Shown here: one piece after another, positions 49,155 through 60,116 of the stretch
Numbering within the stretch: the first letter of the stretch is position 1
Layout of the letters: the number at the start of each line of letters is the position of its first letter
NCBI GenBank assembly: GCA_963774265.1
Contig: CAVZDU010000001.1
Location: 576,001 to 640,000, forward strand
Direction: 5' to 3'
DNA from: an uncultured Chloroflexia bacterium
GTDB lineage: Bacteria > Chloroflexota > Anaerolineae > CG2-30-64-16
DNA: 64,000 nucleotides
Notes under the pieces: model-generated
What the model was told of the DNA's origin: nothing
Seen by the model: only the letters and a program-made list of their open reading frames with translations
The model's database searches: none
Translations under genes and position numbers: made by a program

Positions 49155-50823
49155 TTACCCGCGCGACCCCAGGCCGTATAGCCTCTCCGCCTGCTCTTGG
49201 GTAATGTACCCGTTCTTCACGTCTTCCTTCACCAGCGCAATGTCGCGTTCCATCGGGTTACCCCAGCCCGCTCCGGTCGCAGTCATGACGCGGATGATGT
49301 CGTCCGTGTTGAGCGTCAGCCCACTGACCACCGAGTAGCGTTCCATCTGTCCATTGGCTCTCACAATCTGAATGTGATTCCCCGAGCCCGGTTGGCCGCC
49401 CAACAGCGGCCAGGGCGGAATCCTGTCGCGGGTGTAAGCGACTGTGAGCCAGGCATTGTCGGACTTGATTCGGTAGTCGATGCGCACCCCCTTGCCGCCA
49501 CGATGCTTGCCGGCGCCGCCCTCTTCGTCGTGGAAACTGAGATAATCGACGGTGACGCCATAGCGCGCTTCGGCCACCTCCGCCGGGCAGTTATACGTTT
49601 CGCCGTGCAATCCGCAGAATTGGCCCGAGTTGCCATCGGACACCGGGGACCCGCCCCATCCACCCAGCTCGGGCTCGATTACGGCATACGCACGGCCCGT
49701 GTCGGGATGGACGCCGCCGAACAGCGTGCCGGCCACCGAGGAGAAGCTGCCGGCAGGTAGCCGGTCTGGCATATTTTCAGCCAGGCACCGCCAGATCAGG
49801 TCGTGCAGTCGGATGGTCAGCTCATAATAGATGCCCATCGCCGCAGGAAAGATCGGATCGAACACCGAGCCGCGCCGCGTGAATACTCTGAGCGGTCGGA
49901 ACGTGCCGCCGTTGGCGATGCGCTCGGGCGATGTCACGCCCTTGAATGCGATCTGGCAGGCCACCACGCAATCATCGCGGCTCATGTTGAATGGGCCCTT
50001 GTCCTGATCGGGATTGTCCTGCAAGTCCACGATGAACTGGTCATCGGTGATCTCCACGGTGACATTGTAGAAGACCCCGCTGTCCTGCTCTTCCGACGAG
50101 GCGATACTTGCCCTTCTGGAGCCGGCGCAGCGCGGCCAGGCTGACTTTCTCACCGTAGTCCAGATATTCCTCGACCGCAGCCAGGAACACGTCTTTGCCG
50201 TACTTGTGCACGATCTCCAGCACTCGGCGTTCTCCTACGCGGATCGAGGCCACGCCTGCCCACAGATCTCCGGTCAGGAAATCCGGCATGCGGCAATTGG
50301 ACGTCAGAATATCGAACACCGATCGGATTGGCTGACCGCGCGAGATGAGCTTGATGCCTGGCAGAATCATGCCTTCCTGGAAGATCTCGCTCGCGTTGGT
50401 CGACATGCTGCCCGGCACCATCCCGCCTACGTCGTTCCAGTGCGCGATATTCGCGGTCCACGCGACCAGATCACTGCCATCGAACACCGGCATCACCAGG
50501 ACGACATCGTTCAGGTGGGTGACCCCGCCGTGATATGGATCATTCGTTATGAAAACATCTCCAGGCTCGATTTCACCCGCTTTGGGGTACTTTTCCAGCA
50601 CAGCCTTGACCGTTTTATCCAGCACGCCTACGAAAGCAGGAATGCCTGCACCTGACCCGGCCAGCTCGCCGTTCCGGTCGGTGATGCCGGTGCCCATATC
50701 AAGCACTTCGTAGATGATTGCGCTCATGGCGGTTCGGCGCATCGCGGCGAACATCTCATCGGCCGCTGCCTGCAGCGAGTTCTGGATGATTTCAATGGTG
50801 ATTGGATCGAATTTCGCGTTCAT
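49155..50823 (-). CDS. Hydantoinase B / oxoprolinase subunit (copy 1; frame break near 50100)
   Basis: DPITIEII, SAIIYEVLD, NDPYHGGVTHLND, AHWNDVGG; shifted frame GAGKHRGG, GAGWGNP. Confidence 0.92.
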
Positions 50824-50835
50824 GGTGTCCTCCCC

Positions 50836-52887
50836 TCACTGAGCAGACGCGATACAGTAGTTGCCGTAATCATCGATGTAGCAGGACAGGGCGGGCGGAA
50901 TGACCACGGTCGTGCCCGACTCCTCGATGATCGCTGGACCGTTGAAACGCATGCCAGGTCCCAGTAGATCGCCATCATAGAGCGTTGCCGTATGAATGCC
51001 AGCGTCGGCAAAGTCCACCTCACGGTGACCCTTGACCGCCTCCTCGGTCGTATGACCGTTCGCCGGCACCTTCTGCGGGTTGAGCTTGTCCACTTCGGCG
51101 ATTGCGATGAGATGGTAGCACACCAGCTCCACGGGCGCGGTCAGGCGATACGTGTACTCTCGCTCGTAGTTGCTATGGAAATACTCCAGGATACTCACCA
51201 GCCGCTCGGCCGTGATCTCGCCTGCAGGCAGCTCGATCTCGGTGGAGTGCTCTTGATTCTGGTAGCGGCACCGGCCGTAACGTAGGAAGTGCACGCGTGA
51301 TCGGTCGATGTCTTCGGCCTCGAATTCCTGATACGCCTTCTCCTCGAGTGCATCCAACGTCGCATTGATCTGCGCAGCTGATTCCGGCGTGGTCATCTCC
51401 ACGATTTGGGTTTGCAGATAGTCGCGGCGTAGGTCGCTGAGCAACATACCCCATGCAGAGAAGACGCCCGACTGCTTTGGGATAATCACCTTCCTGATGC
51501 CCAGTTCCTTGGCCAGCGCTGCCGCGTGCATACCGCCACCGCCCCCAAATGCGACCAGCGTAAAGTCGCGCGGGTCGTGCCCTCGGTTGACCGAGATGAG
51601 TTTGATGGCATTCACCATGTTATTGTTCGCGATGCGGAGGATGCCGCGCGCAGCTTCCTGCCGGCTCGTGCTCAATGTTGTGGCTAACCTGTCTAGTGCG
51701 ATATCCACCGCGGCCATGTCGGCCACGATGGTGCCGCCGCAGAAGTAGTTCGGATTGATGCAGCCGAGCGCGAGGTTGGCATCCGTTGTGGTCGCTTCCG
51801 TCCCGCCCGCGCCGTAAGATACCGGCCCAGGAACTGCGCCTGCGCTCTGTGGTCCTACGTGCAATCGGTGAAACGCATCCACCCACGCGATAGATCCACC
51901 GCCATTACCAATTTCCACCAGGTCAACTACGGGCACCATTACCGGGTAGCCAGCCGACGTCTCTGTATGCTCGACCAGGTAGTTTGTGTTGAGCTTGACG
52001 TGCCCGCCGGTAATCAACCCACACTTGGCCGTCGTGCCACCGATGTCGATAGCAATCACATCCGGCTCACCGATCAGGCGCCCCAGCGCGGCTGCACCCC
52101 AGATACCGCTGGCCGGTCCCGATTCGATCATTGTGATCGGGATCTGCCGGGCGTTTTTCACGGTATCCACACCGCAGTTGGACTGCATGATGTAAGGGGT
52201 GCACCGCATGCCGGACTGCTCCAGGCGGTTGGTCAGGTCATCCAGGTAACGGTGCGCGATAGGCTGGACGTACGCGGACAACACCGCAGTGTTGGTGCGT
52301 TCGTACTCCCGCCACTCGCGCGTGATTTGATGCGATGCAACCACCGATGCTTCAGGCCATAGAGCTTTCACCTGAGCCAGTGCTTCTTCTTCATGGGCAG
52401 GATTAGCGTAGGAATTGAGGAAACAAATGGCGACTGCCTCGACGCCATCGGCCTGGAAATCAGCGAGGATCGCCGGCAGCACCGATAGGTCGAGCGGGCT
52501 TGTCTCGACGCCCTTGTAGTTGATACGGCCCGGCAGCTCGCGGCGCAGATAGCGCGGCACGATGGGCTTCGGTTTGCGGTACTCCAGGTTGAAGTAGTCG
52601 GGGCGGTTGCCGCGGCCAATCTCCAACACATCGCGGAAGCCTTCGCTCGTCAAGAGCGCCGCCTTGGCACCCTTCCGCTCAGTGATGGCGTTGATGACGA
52701 TTGTCGTGCCGTGCACAAAGGACACGAAATCCTGGGGGCGGATGTGGCTGGCGTCGATGACATCCATCACGCCCTTTTCGAACTGGCCGGGCGTCGTGTG
52801 GCTCTTCGCCGTGCCCACAACCCCGTCTGATGTCACGTACACGAGGTCCGTGAAGGTTCCTCCGATATCGGTGGCAACCCTGAGCAT
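50836..52887 (-). CDS. Hydantoinase A / oxoprolinase subunit (copy 1)
   Basis: DIGGTFTD, HGTTIVINA, ESGPASG, DIGGTT, GNGGGSIA, AFGGGGGMH. Confidence 0.93.
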   Translation of the reverse strand: MLRVATDIGGTFTDLVYVTSDGVVGTAKSHTTPGQFEKGVMDVIDASHIRPQDFVSFVHGTTIVINAITERKGAKAALLTSEGFRDVLEIGRGNRPDYFNLEYRKPKPIVPRYLRRELPGRINYKGVETSPLDLSVLPAILADFQADGVEAVAICFLNSYANPAHEEEALAQVKALWPEASVVASHQITREWREYERTNTAVLSAYVQPIAHRYLDDLTNRLEQSGMRCTPYIMQSNCGVDTVKNARQIPITMIESGPASGIWGAAALGRLIGEPDVIAIDIGGTTAKCGLITGGHVKLNTNYLVEHTETSAGYPVMVPVVDLVEIGNGGGSIAWVDAFHRLHVGPQSAGAVPGPVSYGAGGTEATTTDANLALGCINPNYFCGGTIVADMAAVDIALDRLATTLSTSRQEAARGILRIANNNMVNAIKLISVNRGHDPRDFTLVAFGGGGGMHAAALAKELGIRKVIIPKQSGVFSAWGMLLSDLRRDYLQTQIVEMTTPESAAQINATLDALEEKAYQEFEAEDIDRSRVHFLRYGRCRYQNQEHSTEIELPAGEITAERLVSILEYFHSNYEREYTYRLTAPVELVCYHLIAIAEVDKLNPQKVPANGHTTEEAVKGHREVDFADAGIHTATLYDGDLLGPGMRFNGPAIIEESGTTVVIPPALSCYIDDYGNYCIASAQ

Positions 52888-52901
52888 AAGCCTTCCTCCG
52901 A

Positions 52902-53913
52902 TCAAATGGTTTGAAGTGTGGTTGACTGTGTGAAAAGATGGCAACGGACTATGTGGTCCCTGCCTGCCTGGACCATCACTGGGTCCACGGTCGTACAGAC
53001 ATCCATCTTCATGGGACAGCGGGTGTGGAAGCTGCAACCGGACGGTATGTTTACAGGGCTTGGAATCTCGCCCGTGGAGATGATTTTCTTCGGTTTGAAC
53101 TGCTCCTCCATCTCAGAGATGACCGGGATGGCACTTAGCAGCATTTGCGTGTACGGGTGCAGCGGATTGCGGAAGAAATCGATCGTTTCCGCGATTTCGC
53201 AGATTCGACCCAAGTACATAATTGCCACCCGCGACGCCACGTTGCGCATCAGGCTCAAGTCGTGGGTGATGAAGAGATATGACAGGTTGAATTCCCGCTG
53301 CAACTGCATCAGCAGATTGATGATTTTGCCCTGGATGGACACGTCCAGGGCTGACGTCGGCTCGTCCAAAATGACGAAGCGTGGGCTGGTAGCCAGTGCG
53401 CGGGCGATCGAGACCATCTGCTTTTCGCCGCCACCCAGCATCTGCGGATACTTGTACATCGTGTCCGGTGCCAGCCCCACCTCTTCCAGCAGCCGGATCG
53501 ACTCTTCCAGCCGGTTGACGTCGGGCCGGTGTAGCCGCAACGGTACTTCCAGAAGTTGTTTGACGCTGTGTCGCGGGTTCAACGAGGAACCAGGATCCTG
53601 GAAGACAATCTGAATTCCCTTGCGGAGCGCCATGGGGCGCACTTTGGCCGCGAACAGACTCCTGTCCCTGGAACGCGATCGTTCCTTCGGTCGGCCGGTA
53701 CATGCCAATGGTGGTATACGCCACCGTGCTCTTGCCCGAGCCAGATTCGCCGACCAGGCCGAACGTCTCTCCCTCGCGCACCGCAAACGAGATGCCCTCG
53801 ACTGCTTTGACGGTGATCGGCTCTCGTTTCGCCGTACCTTTGTGTCCGATCACGAAATACTTCTTGAGATTGTTGACAGTCAGGATGTCGGGAGCTACAA
53901 CGTCCATCTTCAT
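52902..53913 (-). CDS. Oligopeptide/dipeptide ABC ATPase, DppF-like (frame break near 53660)
   Basis: GESGSGKST, FQDP.SSLNP, LDEPTSALDVS, HPYT, GCSFHTRCP. Confidence 0.9.
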
Positions 53914-54904
53914 GATCCCTTGTCCTTATAGAGGAAGCAAGCCACATGGTGGCCGTCGCTCATCTGGTAAAAGGACGGCTTCTCCGTCCGGCAGATGTCC
54001 ATTACATGGGGACACCGGGGATGGAAGCGGCAACCCGGTGGTGGCGCCAGATAGTTCGGGATTCGACCCGGTATGCCGTCGGAGACTCCACCGCCCGTCA
54101 GCCGTGGGACTGCTTCCATCAGTCCCCGGGTGTACGGGTGCAGTGGATTCTCAAACAGTTCGCGGCGTAACGGCCTCTTCGACCATGTTCCCAGCGTACA
54201 TGACGTACACGCCGATCGGTCATCTCGCGCACGATGCCCAGGGTGTGAGTGATCAGGATGATTGAAGTGTTCTTCTCCAGCACCAGCCGCCGCAGCAAGC
54301 GCAGAACTTGATCCTGGATGGTTACATCCAATGATGTCCCCGGCTCATCAGCGATCAGTAGTTTCGGCTGCGTGGCTAGCGCCATGCCGATGCACACACG
54401 TTGCCGCATGCCTCCGCTGAGTTGGACAGGGTACGCCTTCAGAAGTCGCGCCGGGTCGGCCAATGCCACCTCTTCCAACGCAGCAAGGGACCGGCTTTGA
54501 ATGTTGGTTAGCGAAAGATCCTGGCGCCCGACCGATGCGCGGATCACCGCCTCCAGTTGTTGCCCCACAGTGAACACCGGGTTCAGCGCCGCCGTCGGGT
54601 CCTGGAAGATCATCGAAACACCCTTGCCGCGCACCTGCTGGAGTTCGGACGAATTCAATCGTAGGACGTCTCTACCCTCGAACATGATCTGACCGTTCGG
54701 GATCTGCGCGGGAGGCATGGGCAACACGCGTAGGATTGCCTTCATGGTGGTGGTTTTGCCACAGCCTGTCTCGCCCACAAGCCCCACGCGCTCGCCCGCA
54801 TGCATGACGAAATTGACGCCATCCAGCACGCGCAGGCGACCACCGTAGACCTTAAATTGCACATGCAGGTTCTTTATCTCTAGTAGAGGGCGATTGGCGC
54901 TCAT
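53910..54904 (-). CDS. Oligopeptide/dipeptide ABC ATPase, DppD-like (frame breaks 54170-54215)
   Basis: [37 protein letters not shown]. Confidence 0.9.
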
Positions 54905-54905
54905 G

Positions 54906-55835
54906 TCAGCTCCTCTCGGATGCAAGCATGTCGCGCATGCCATCGCCCATCAAATTGAATGCAAGGACGACTACGACAATGGCCAGTGCGGGGAAGACGG
55001 CGATCCACCATTGGTCCGGAAGGTACCGTGCGCCATCCGCAATCATGGTGCCCAGGCTGGGCTCTGGGGGTTGAACACCCAGGCCGACAAAGCTCAACAT
55101 AGAGCCGATAATAATCACCCAGGCGATATCGATGCTCATTTTAGTCAGCACAGGCGACAGCGTGTTCGGTAGAATCTCCCGGAAGATGATGTGCGACGAA
55201 CTGGCGCCGGTAACCTCGGCTGCGGTGACGAAATATTCATTGCGCAAGGTCACCGCCAGTCCATAAACCAGGCGCGTGTACCAGGGCCACCACATTAGCG
55301 ACACGGCGAGCATTCCATTCCAAAGGTTCGGTTTCAGCACCGAGGCGACCGCCAGCGCCAGGATCAAGGGCGGTACAGCCAGGAAGATATCTGTCGTGCG
55401 CATAATAACCGTGTCGATCCAGGTGCCGTGGTGGTAACCGGCCAGCAGACCCAGCAAAACACCGGGTGGCACCACTAGCGTTAAAACTACAACACCCATC
55501 AGCAGCGATGACCGAAGACCGAAAACGATTCGCGTGAGGATATCGCGGCCGATTTGATCCGTGCCGAAGATATATTGAAGATTTGGAGGCAGTTTGGCGT
55601 GGGCAAAGTCTGTAAAGGGACCGGCGTGTTTTGGATAGGGTGTGACTACTGGCGCAAGGGTTGCAAGGAGAACCAACAGCACAACTGCGACCAGCCCGGC
55701 GATGGATAGTGGATTCCGGGAGAATTTGTACCAGGACCGGCCGCGGCCTTCGCGCCGCGACTGGCGTTCAAGCTGTTTGATTTGCTCAGCCGTAAGCCTG
55801 CCGGGCAACGCACCGGCGGTCATATCTTCGGCCAT
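54906..55835 (-). CDS. Peptide ABC permease, DppC-like
   Basis: FGTDQIGRDIL, EAA-like YFVTAAEVTGAS..ILPN, LSFVGLGVQPP. Confidence 0.92.
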   Translation of the reverse strand: MAEDMTAGALPGRLTAEQIKQLERQSRREGRGRSWYKFSRNPLSIAGLVAVVLLVLLATLAPVVTPYPKHAGPFTDFAHAKLPPNLQYIFGTDQIGRDILTRIVFGLRSSLLMGVVVLTLVVPPGVLLGLLAGYHHGTWIDTVIMRTTDIFLAVPPLILALAVASVLKPNLWNGMLAVSLMWWPWYTRLVYGLAVTLRNEYFVTAAEVTGASSSHIIFREILPNTLSPVLTKMSIDIAWVIIIGSMLSFVGLGVQPPEPSLGTMIADGARYLPDQWWIAVFPALAIVVVVLAFNLMGDGMRDMLASERS

Positions 55836-55837
55836 CG

Positions 55838-56866
55838 CTATTCACTCCTTGCGGCGCGCAGCCGGATGCGCGGATCCAGATACGCCACGACGATGTCAAC
55901 GATAATGTTCACCACTACGAATACGAAACCGAGGACCAGGATGACGGCTGAGATTGCATTTAGATCCTTGTTTAGCATTGAGGTCATGCCGTAGCGAGCC
56001 ATCCCAGGCCAGTTGAAGATCAGCTCCACCAGGAATGCCACGCCCAACGTGGCTGCAATGTCCAGGCCAAGGATCGAGACGGTAGGGATGAGCGAGGGCT
56101 TGAGCAAGAAACGGTTCATCACAATTCGCTCAGGGATGCCCAGCCCACGCGCAGCCGCAATGTAATCCTTCTCAAGATTGTCTGCCATGGAGGAGCGCGT
56201 AATGCGCGCCTCCTGCGCAATCGACCCCATGGCCAGAGCCAGAGCCGGCAGGACCATATGCTTGAGTGCGTTTGCGAACGTAGCCAACTTGCCAGCGAGC
56301 AACGCATCTACAGTGATCATCCCAGTGACCAGGGGTGGCACCACGATTTGATCATCCAGCCGCCCGATGATTGGGAACCATTTGAGGACAAACCCAAATA
56401 ACAACACAAAGAGGATGGCAAAAACGAACGAGGGCGTGACGATGCCAGCATATGAGAGGACGCGCACGAGGTTGTCTATCCATGTGTCTTTGTAGCGCGC
56501 TGACAGGATGCCCAGTCCGATACCACCAACTGCGGCCATCACACCCGAAAATAGTACCAGCTCAAGCGAGGCGGGCAGGAATTCCTTGATATCTGTGGTC
56601 ACTGGCCGCTGAGTTACCAAGGATAAACCGAAATCGCCCTGGACCGCATCCACGACCCAATATCCGTATTGCACATAGATAGGATCGTTCAGGTGCATTT
56701 GATCGCGGATGCGATCCACCACCCACTGAGGAGCACGCGCACCCACGGCCATGCGAGCCGGATCACCCGGCATGAGGCGCGCAATAATGAAGATGACAAT
56801 GGAAAGTCCTACCAGTACATACACTGAGTGTAGCAGGCGACGGATCAGGAATCGTGTCATGGACAT
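55838..56866 (-). CDS. Peptide ABC permease, DppB-like
   Basis: PGDPA, GDFGLS, DYIAAARGLG, VELIFNWPG. Confidence 0.92.
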   Translation of the reverse strand: MSMTRFLIRRLLHSVYVLVGLSIVIFIIARLMPGDPARMAVGARAPQWVVDRIRDQMHLNDPIYVQYGYWVVDAVQGDFGLSLVTQRPVTTDIKEFLPASLELVLFSGVMAAVGGIGLGILSARYKDTWIDNLVRVLSYAGIVTPSFVFAILFVLLFGFVLKWFPIIGRLDDQIVVPPLVTGMITVDALLAGKLATFANALKHMVLPALALAMGSIAQEARITRSSMADNLEKDYIAAARGLGIPERIVMNRFLLKPSLIPTVSILGLDIAATLGVAFLVELIFNWPGMARYGMTSMLNKDLNAISAVILVLGFVFVVVNIIVDIVVAYLDPRIRLRAARSE

Positions 56867-56890
56867 ATGCTGTTAGCCTTTCGCGCCGGG

Positions 56891-56927
56891 CCTCCCGTCT
56901 CCCGCAATGTGAAGGGGAGACGGGAGG
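56891..56927 (-). other. Intercistronic stem-loop after the solute-binding protein gene
   Basis: 13-bp perfect stem CCTCCCGTCTCCC/GGGAGACGGGAGG with no U tract; typical position for an mRNA-stabilising hairpin. Confidence 0.65.
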
Positions 56928-56942
56928 ATAACACCTTAGCTT

Positions 56943-58676
56943 CTACTGGCAGGTGACTCCGATGTGCGCCGCGTAGAACCAGTAGGCCTGCAGGTTGCTG
57001 GCCTCACCTCGGCTGGCCGGCCAGTCGACGCAATCACGGTAGGCGTGCTTTTCCACCTGATCGTAGATCCAGACCGACGGGGCCAACTCCACCAACTTCT
57101 CTTGGATCGTGGCGTACTTGGCGTATCGTTCCTGGTCGTCGATTGTGGCCAGGGCGTCGTCGATAGCTGCGTCGAGTTCCTTATCCTGCAGCCACTCGTT
57201 CTGCTGCCACGTGCCGGTCGTGCTTGAGTGATACCGCTGCTTAATCATCAAGCCAGCCTCCGGCAAGTCGGACGACACGTAGATGGTCGCAATGGATGGA
57301 GCAGTCTCCAGCTTGCTCGTGTTCTCCACAAGGCTCAGCCAGGGCACCTTCACCACTTCTACCTTGATGCCGATTTCGGCCATGTTAGCCTGGAAGAGCA
57401 GAGCCCACTTCTCTTCATCTGGCACTTCTGCCACCCAGTTGACGTCCAGCGGGTACTTGTCGATCTCATTGGCGTACTTGCACTGTGCTAGCTCGGCCTT
57501 TGCTTTATCCAGGTCGCGCTTGTAAACCAGTACATTCGGGTTGTGCCCGGCCAGTGTCGCCGGCACCGGGCCGACCATCTGCTTCGTGCCAGGCCACTCC
57601 AGCCCGACGGCGGCATCATAGTCGAACGCCCACAGGATCGCCTTGCGGCAATGAATGTCATCGGTCGGCGCCTTCTTGGTGTTCACCATGTAGTAGAAGG
57701 ACGTGAGCCCGGGCAGCGCAGCGATCTTGACGCCAGATATCTTCTCCAGCGCCTGATAGGCCTCGAAAGACTGCCACTGATCCGAGACCTCGAGCTGCTT
57801 GTTCTCCATCAGGCTGCGGATGGTGACGGCTTCAGTTGTGCCGATGAAGCGCACCTCTGCCGGTGCGTTGGGATGGAATTCACCCCACCAATCGGGATTC
57901 TTTTCCATGAGCAGGTATTGTTCCAGCGGAAATTCCTTCACCTTGTACGGTCCGGATCCCGCGTCGTGAGTCTGTAGCCACTCTTTACCATAGTCGCCAT
58001 TGTCACCGTACGGCCCATCGGCTTTGGTGTTGGTGCGCACGGTCGCTTCGCTGGCGATGTACAGGCGGACCAGGCTGCCCAGGAACAGAGCCGACGCCTT
58101 TTTAAGCTTGAATACCACAGTACTGTCGTCCGGCGCGGTAATCGTTTCGACATCCGGAGTCACCAAATACGCGAAGCCTTCTCCGATGGTCTTCAGGCGA
58201 TCGAAGCTGTAGACTACGTCGCTGGCCTTCAGAGCGGTGCCATCATGGAACTTGACGTCGTTGCGCAGTTTGAAGGTGTAGGTAAGTCCGTCTGGCGAGA
58301 TATCCCACGACTCCGCCACCCACGGATCGACTCCGCCTTTCGCGTTCGGGAAGATCAGCGTGTCGTAGAGATTCGCTATTGAGGTGGATCCGGCGTAGTC
58401 GTTGCCGACAGCCGGATCAATGCGGTTGGGCCACGAGAACGTTACGCGCAGTTGGCCCCCTCCAGAGGGAACAGCCGCGGCTGGCGCTTCGGTCGGTTTG
58501 GCTTCCGGGGCAGTGGTCGGTGCAGGGGCCTGTGTGGCCGCGGCCGAGGGGGCTTCAGTCGCAGCCGGGGCTGGGGCTGAAGTGGCAGGCGCGGGCGCAG
58601 CCGGCGTGCCGCACTGTGTGAGGAGCAACGTCATCACAACCAGTACGGGCAGAACAACTAGAGTCTTGATTTTCAT
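56943..58676 (-). CDS. Family 5 ABC solute-binding lipoprotein
   Basis: MKIK..LLLTQC lipobox, Ala/Pro/Thr tether, AESWDISPDGLTYTFKLR..FHDG, GSGPY. Confidence 0.92.
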   Translation of the reverse strand: MKIKTLVVLPVLVVMTLLLTQCGTPAAPAPATSAPAPAATEAPSAAATQAPAPTTAPEAKPTEAPAAAVPSGGGQLRVTFSWPNRIDPAVGNDYAGSTSIANLYDTLIFPNAKGGVDPWVAESWDISPDGLTYTFKLRNDVKFHDGTALKASDVVYSFDRLKTIGEGFAYLVTPDVETITAPDDSTVVFKLKKASALFLGSLVRLYIASEATVRTNTKADGPYGDNGDYGKEWLQTHDAGSGPYKVKEFPLEQYLLMEKNPDWWGEFHPNAPAEVRFIGTTEAVTIRSLMENKQLEVSDQWQSFEAYQALEKISGVKIAALPGLTSFYYMVNTKKAPTDDIHCRKAILWAFDYDAAVGLEWPGTKQMVGPVPATLAGHNPNVLVYKRDLDKAKAELAQCKYANEIDKYPLDVNWVAEVPDEEKWALLFQANMAEIGIKVEVVKVPWLSLVENTSKLETAPSIATIYVSSDLPEAGLMIKQRYHSSTTGTWQQNEWLQDKELDAAIDDALATIDDQERYAKYATIQEKLVELAPSVWIYDQVEKHAYRDCVDWPASRGEASNLQAYWFYAAHIGVTCQ

Positions 58677-58814
58677 CTTCTTCGCTCCTTCTGGTCTTGA
58701 TTGCGGACATACCAACAGGTAAGAAGTAACCGGTGCATGTAGCACTCCCAGGACCACCTCCATTCTTCAGCCGGCGTCAGGCCGGATCATTTTTGCTCCC
58801 GCGCAGCGTCACCT

Positions 58815-59363
58815 CTACCGTTCGAGCGGTCCGGTCACGCTGCTCCAGATGAACGCGCAGACCTCCCGAAACTCGTTGCTCCACGTGTGGGGTTGGGCGG
58901 CATCGTAATGAAGGCTATCGCCTTCTGTGAGAGTAAAACACTCGTTGCCGACGTCGACGAGTAATTGGCCCGATAGGACAAACAGTAACTCCTCTCCGGG
59001 GTGGGTCGGAAGAAGTCCCGAGCTTCCCCCAGCCGGTGTCAGCACATGCCTCACGACGAGCCTTGCGTTGCCATTGGGTGTCAGGAGGCGCTCCGGTATG
59101 CGTCCCGGATTGCCCTTATCCCCGTCGCGATCCTCCAGACGGACAACATGGGCGGCTTCTGACGCCATCTCAAAGAAAGCGCGCAAATGGACGCTTAGCG
59201 CGCCTGCAATGACTGTTAGCGTCGGCAGGGACGGGGTCGTCTTATCGCGCTCAACTTGTGACAGGTAACTGGTCGAGAGACCACAGCGATCAGCCAGTTC
59301 TGCCAGTGTCAGTTTTTGTTCCGTGCGCAACGCTCTGATGCGTGCGCCGATACTCTGGGTCAC
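58815..59363 (-). CDS. XRE-cupin transcriptional regulator
   Basis: IGARIRALR..LSQVER..PS; HPGEELLFVLSG..GDS. Confidence 0.9.
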   Translation of the reverse strand: MTQSIGARIRALRTEQKLTLAELADRCGLSTSYLSQVERDKTTPSLPTLTVIAGALSVHLRAFFEMASEAAHVVRLEDRDGDKGNPGRIPERLLTPNGNARLVVRHVLTPAGGSSGLLPTHPGEELLFVLSGQLLVDVGNECFTLTEGDSLHYDAAQPHTWSNEFREVCAFIWSSVTGPLER

Positions 59364-59438
59364 AGCTCAGTTGTCCATCAAAGCTAGGTTTGTTTCGGGG
59401 AAAAGGCGGCGGGTCTTTGGCGCCTGTTCCTGCGAGGA

Positions 59439-60002
59439 TCAAAAGATCGAAGGCGTGATCAAGCTGAGGAGAACAACGGGCTGGCTGCTGCGGTTCTCCA
59501 ACCGGTGCTTGGTGGTGGATTTGAAGTATGCGCTGTCGCCCGGATACAGATCATAGAATCCATCGCCGATCCAGATGCGGAGGGCGCCTTCCATGATGTA
59601 GAAGAACTCCTCCCCGGGATGTGCTCGGGCCTCGTCTGTCGGCAAGGCCTGGCTGGCCGGTGTGATTGCCATCTTGAATGCCGCAAGTCCCGCGTAAGGG
59701 AACTTGCCGGATAGAAGTGAGTATGTCGCGGCAGAGCCTTCGAAGCGAAAGGTCTCTCGATTATCATGCCGCACGAGCTTTGTCGGCTGAACATCGTCGC
59801 GAAACAGGTCTATGACCTGCACGCCGAGGGCCTGTGCGATGGCCTGGAGTGTGGTGATGGAGGGGACGGCTTTGTTCCGCTCTACCTGCGACAGGAATCC
59901 TGACGTACAACCGCTTCTCTCGGCAACCTGGTCGAGAGTCAACCCGAGTTTGGCCCGCAAGTCCTTGATCGTTTTGCCGATCACCTGGATTGTGGTATCC
60001 AT
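59439..60002 (-). CDS. XRE-cupin transcriptional regulator
   Basis: IGKTIKDLR..FLSQVER..PSI; HPGEEFFYIMEG..GDS.YF..H. Confidence 0.9.
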   Translation of the reverse strand: MDTTIQVIGKTIKDLRAKLGLTLDQVAERSGCTSGFLSQVERNKAVPSITTLQAIAQALGVQVIDLFRDDVQPTKLVRHDNRETFRFEGSAATYSLLSGKFPYAGLAAFKMAITPASQALPTDEARAHPGEEFFYIMEGALRIWIGDGFYDLYPGDSAYFKSTTKHRLENRSSQPVVLLSLITPSIF

Positions 60003-60009
60003 AAAGAAG

Positions 60010-60038
60010 TTTATAGCACCACTTCAATTCCATGTCAA
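60010..60038 (-). promoter_or_regulatory. Promoter giving an apparently leaderless transcript
   Basis: TTGACA-17 nt-TATAAA, 7 nt before ATG 60002; no RBS. Confidence 0.7.
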
Positions 60039-60116
60039 TAGTGATTTTTCGAGATGGGTTTTGTCCAGCCGCCCACCGAAGAAGGTCATCCCTCTGCCCT
60101 AACCCTATGGAGTGTA

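Noticed and set aside
4805-54904. Frame breaks in about 16 genes (DUF4129, moxR, murJ, hydrolase, both oxidoreductase subunits, rarA, rsfS, nuclease, methylase, phr, menC, hyuA, hyuB, dppD, dppF) read as pseudogenes or programmed frameshifts
   Set aside because: They hit conserved and likely essential genes (e.g. murJ) at scattered positions, with both halves intact, no in-frame stop decay and no shared slippery motif. This fits indel errors in the assembly; read polishing would settle it.
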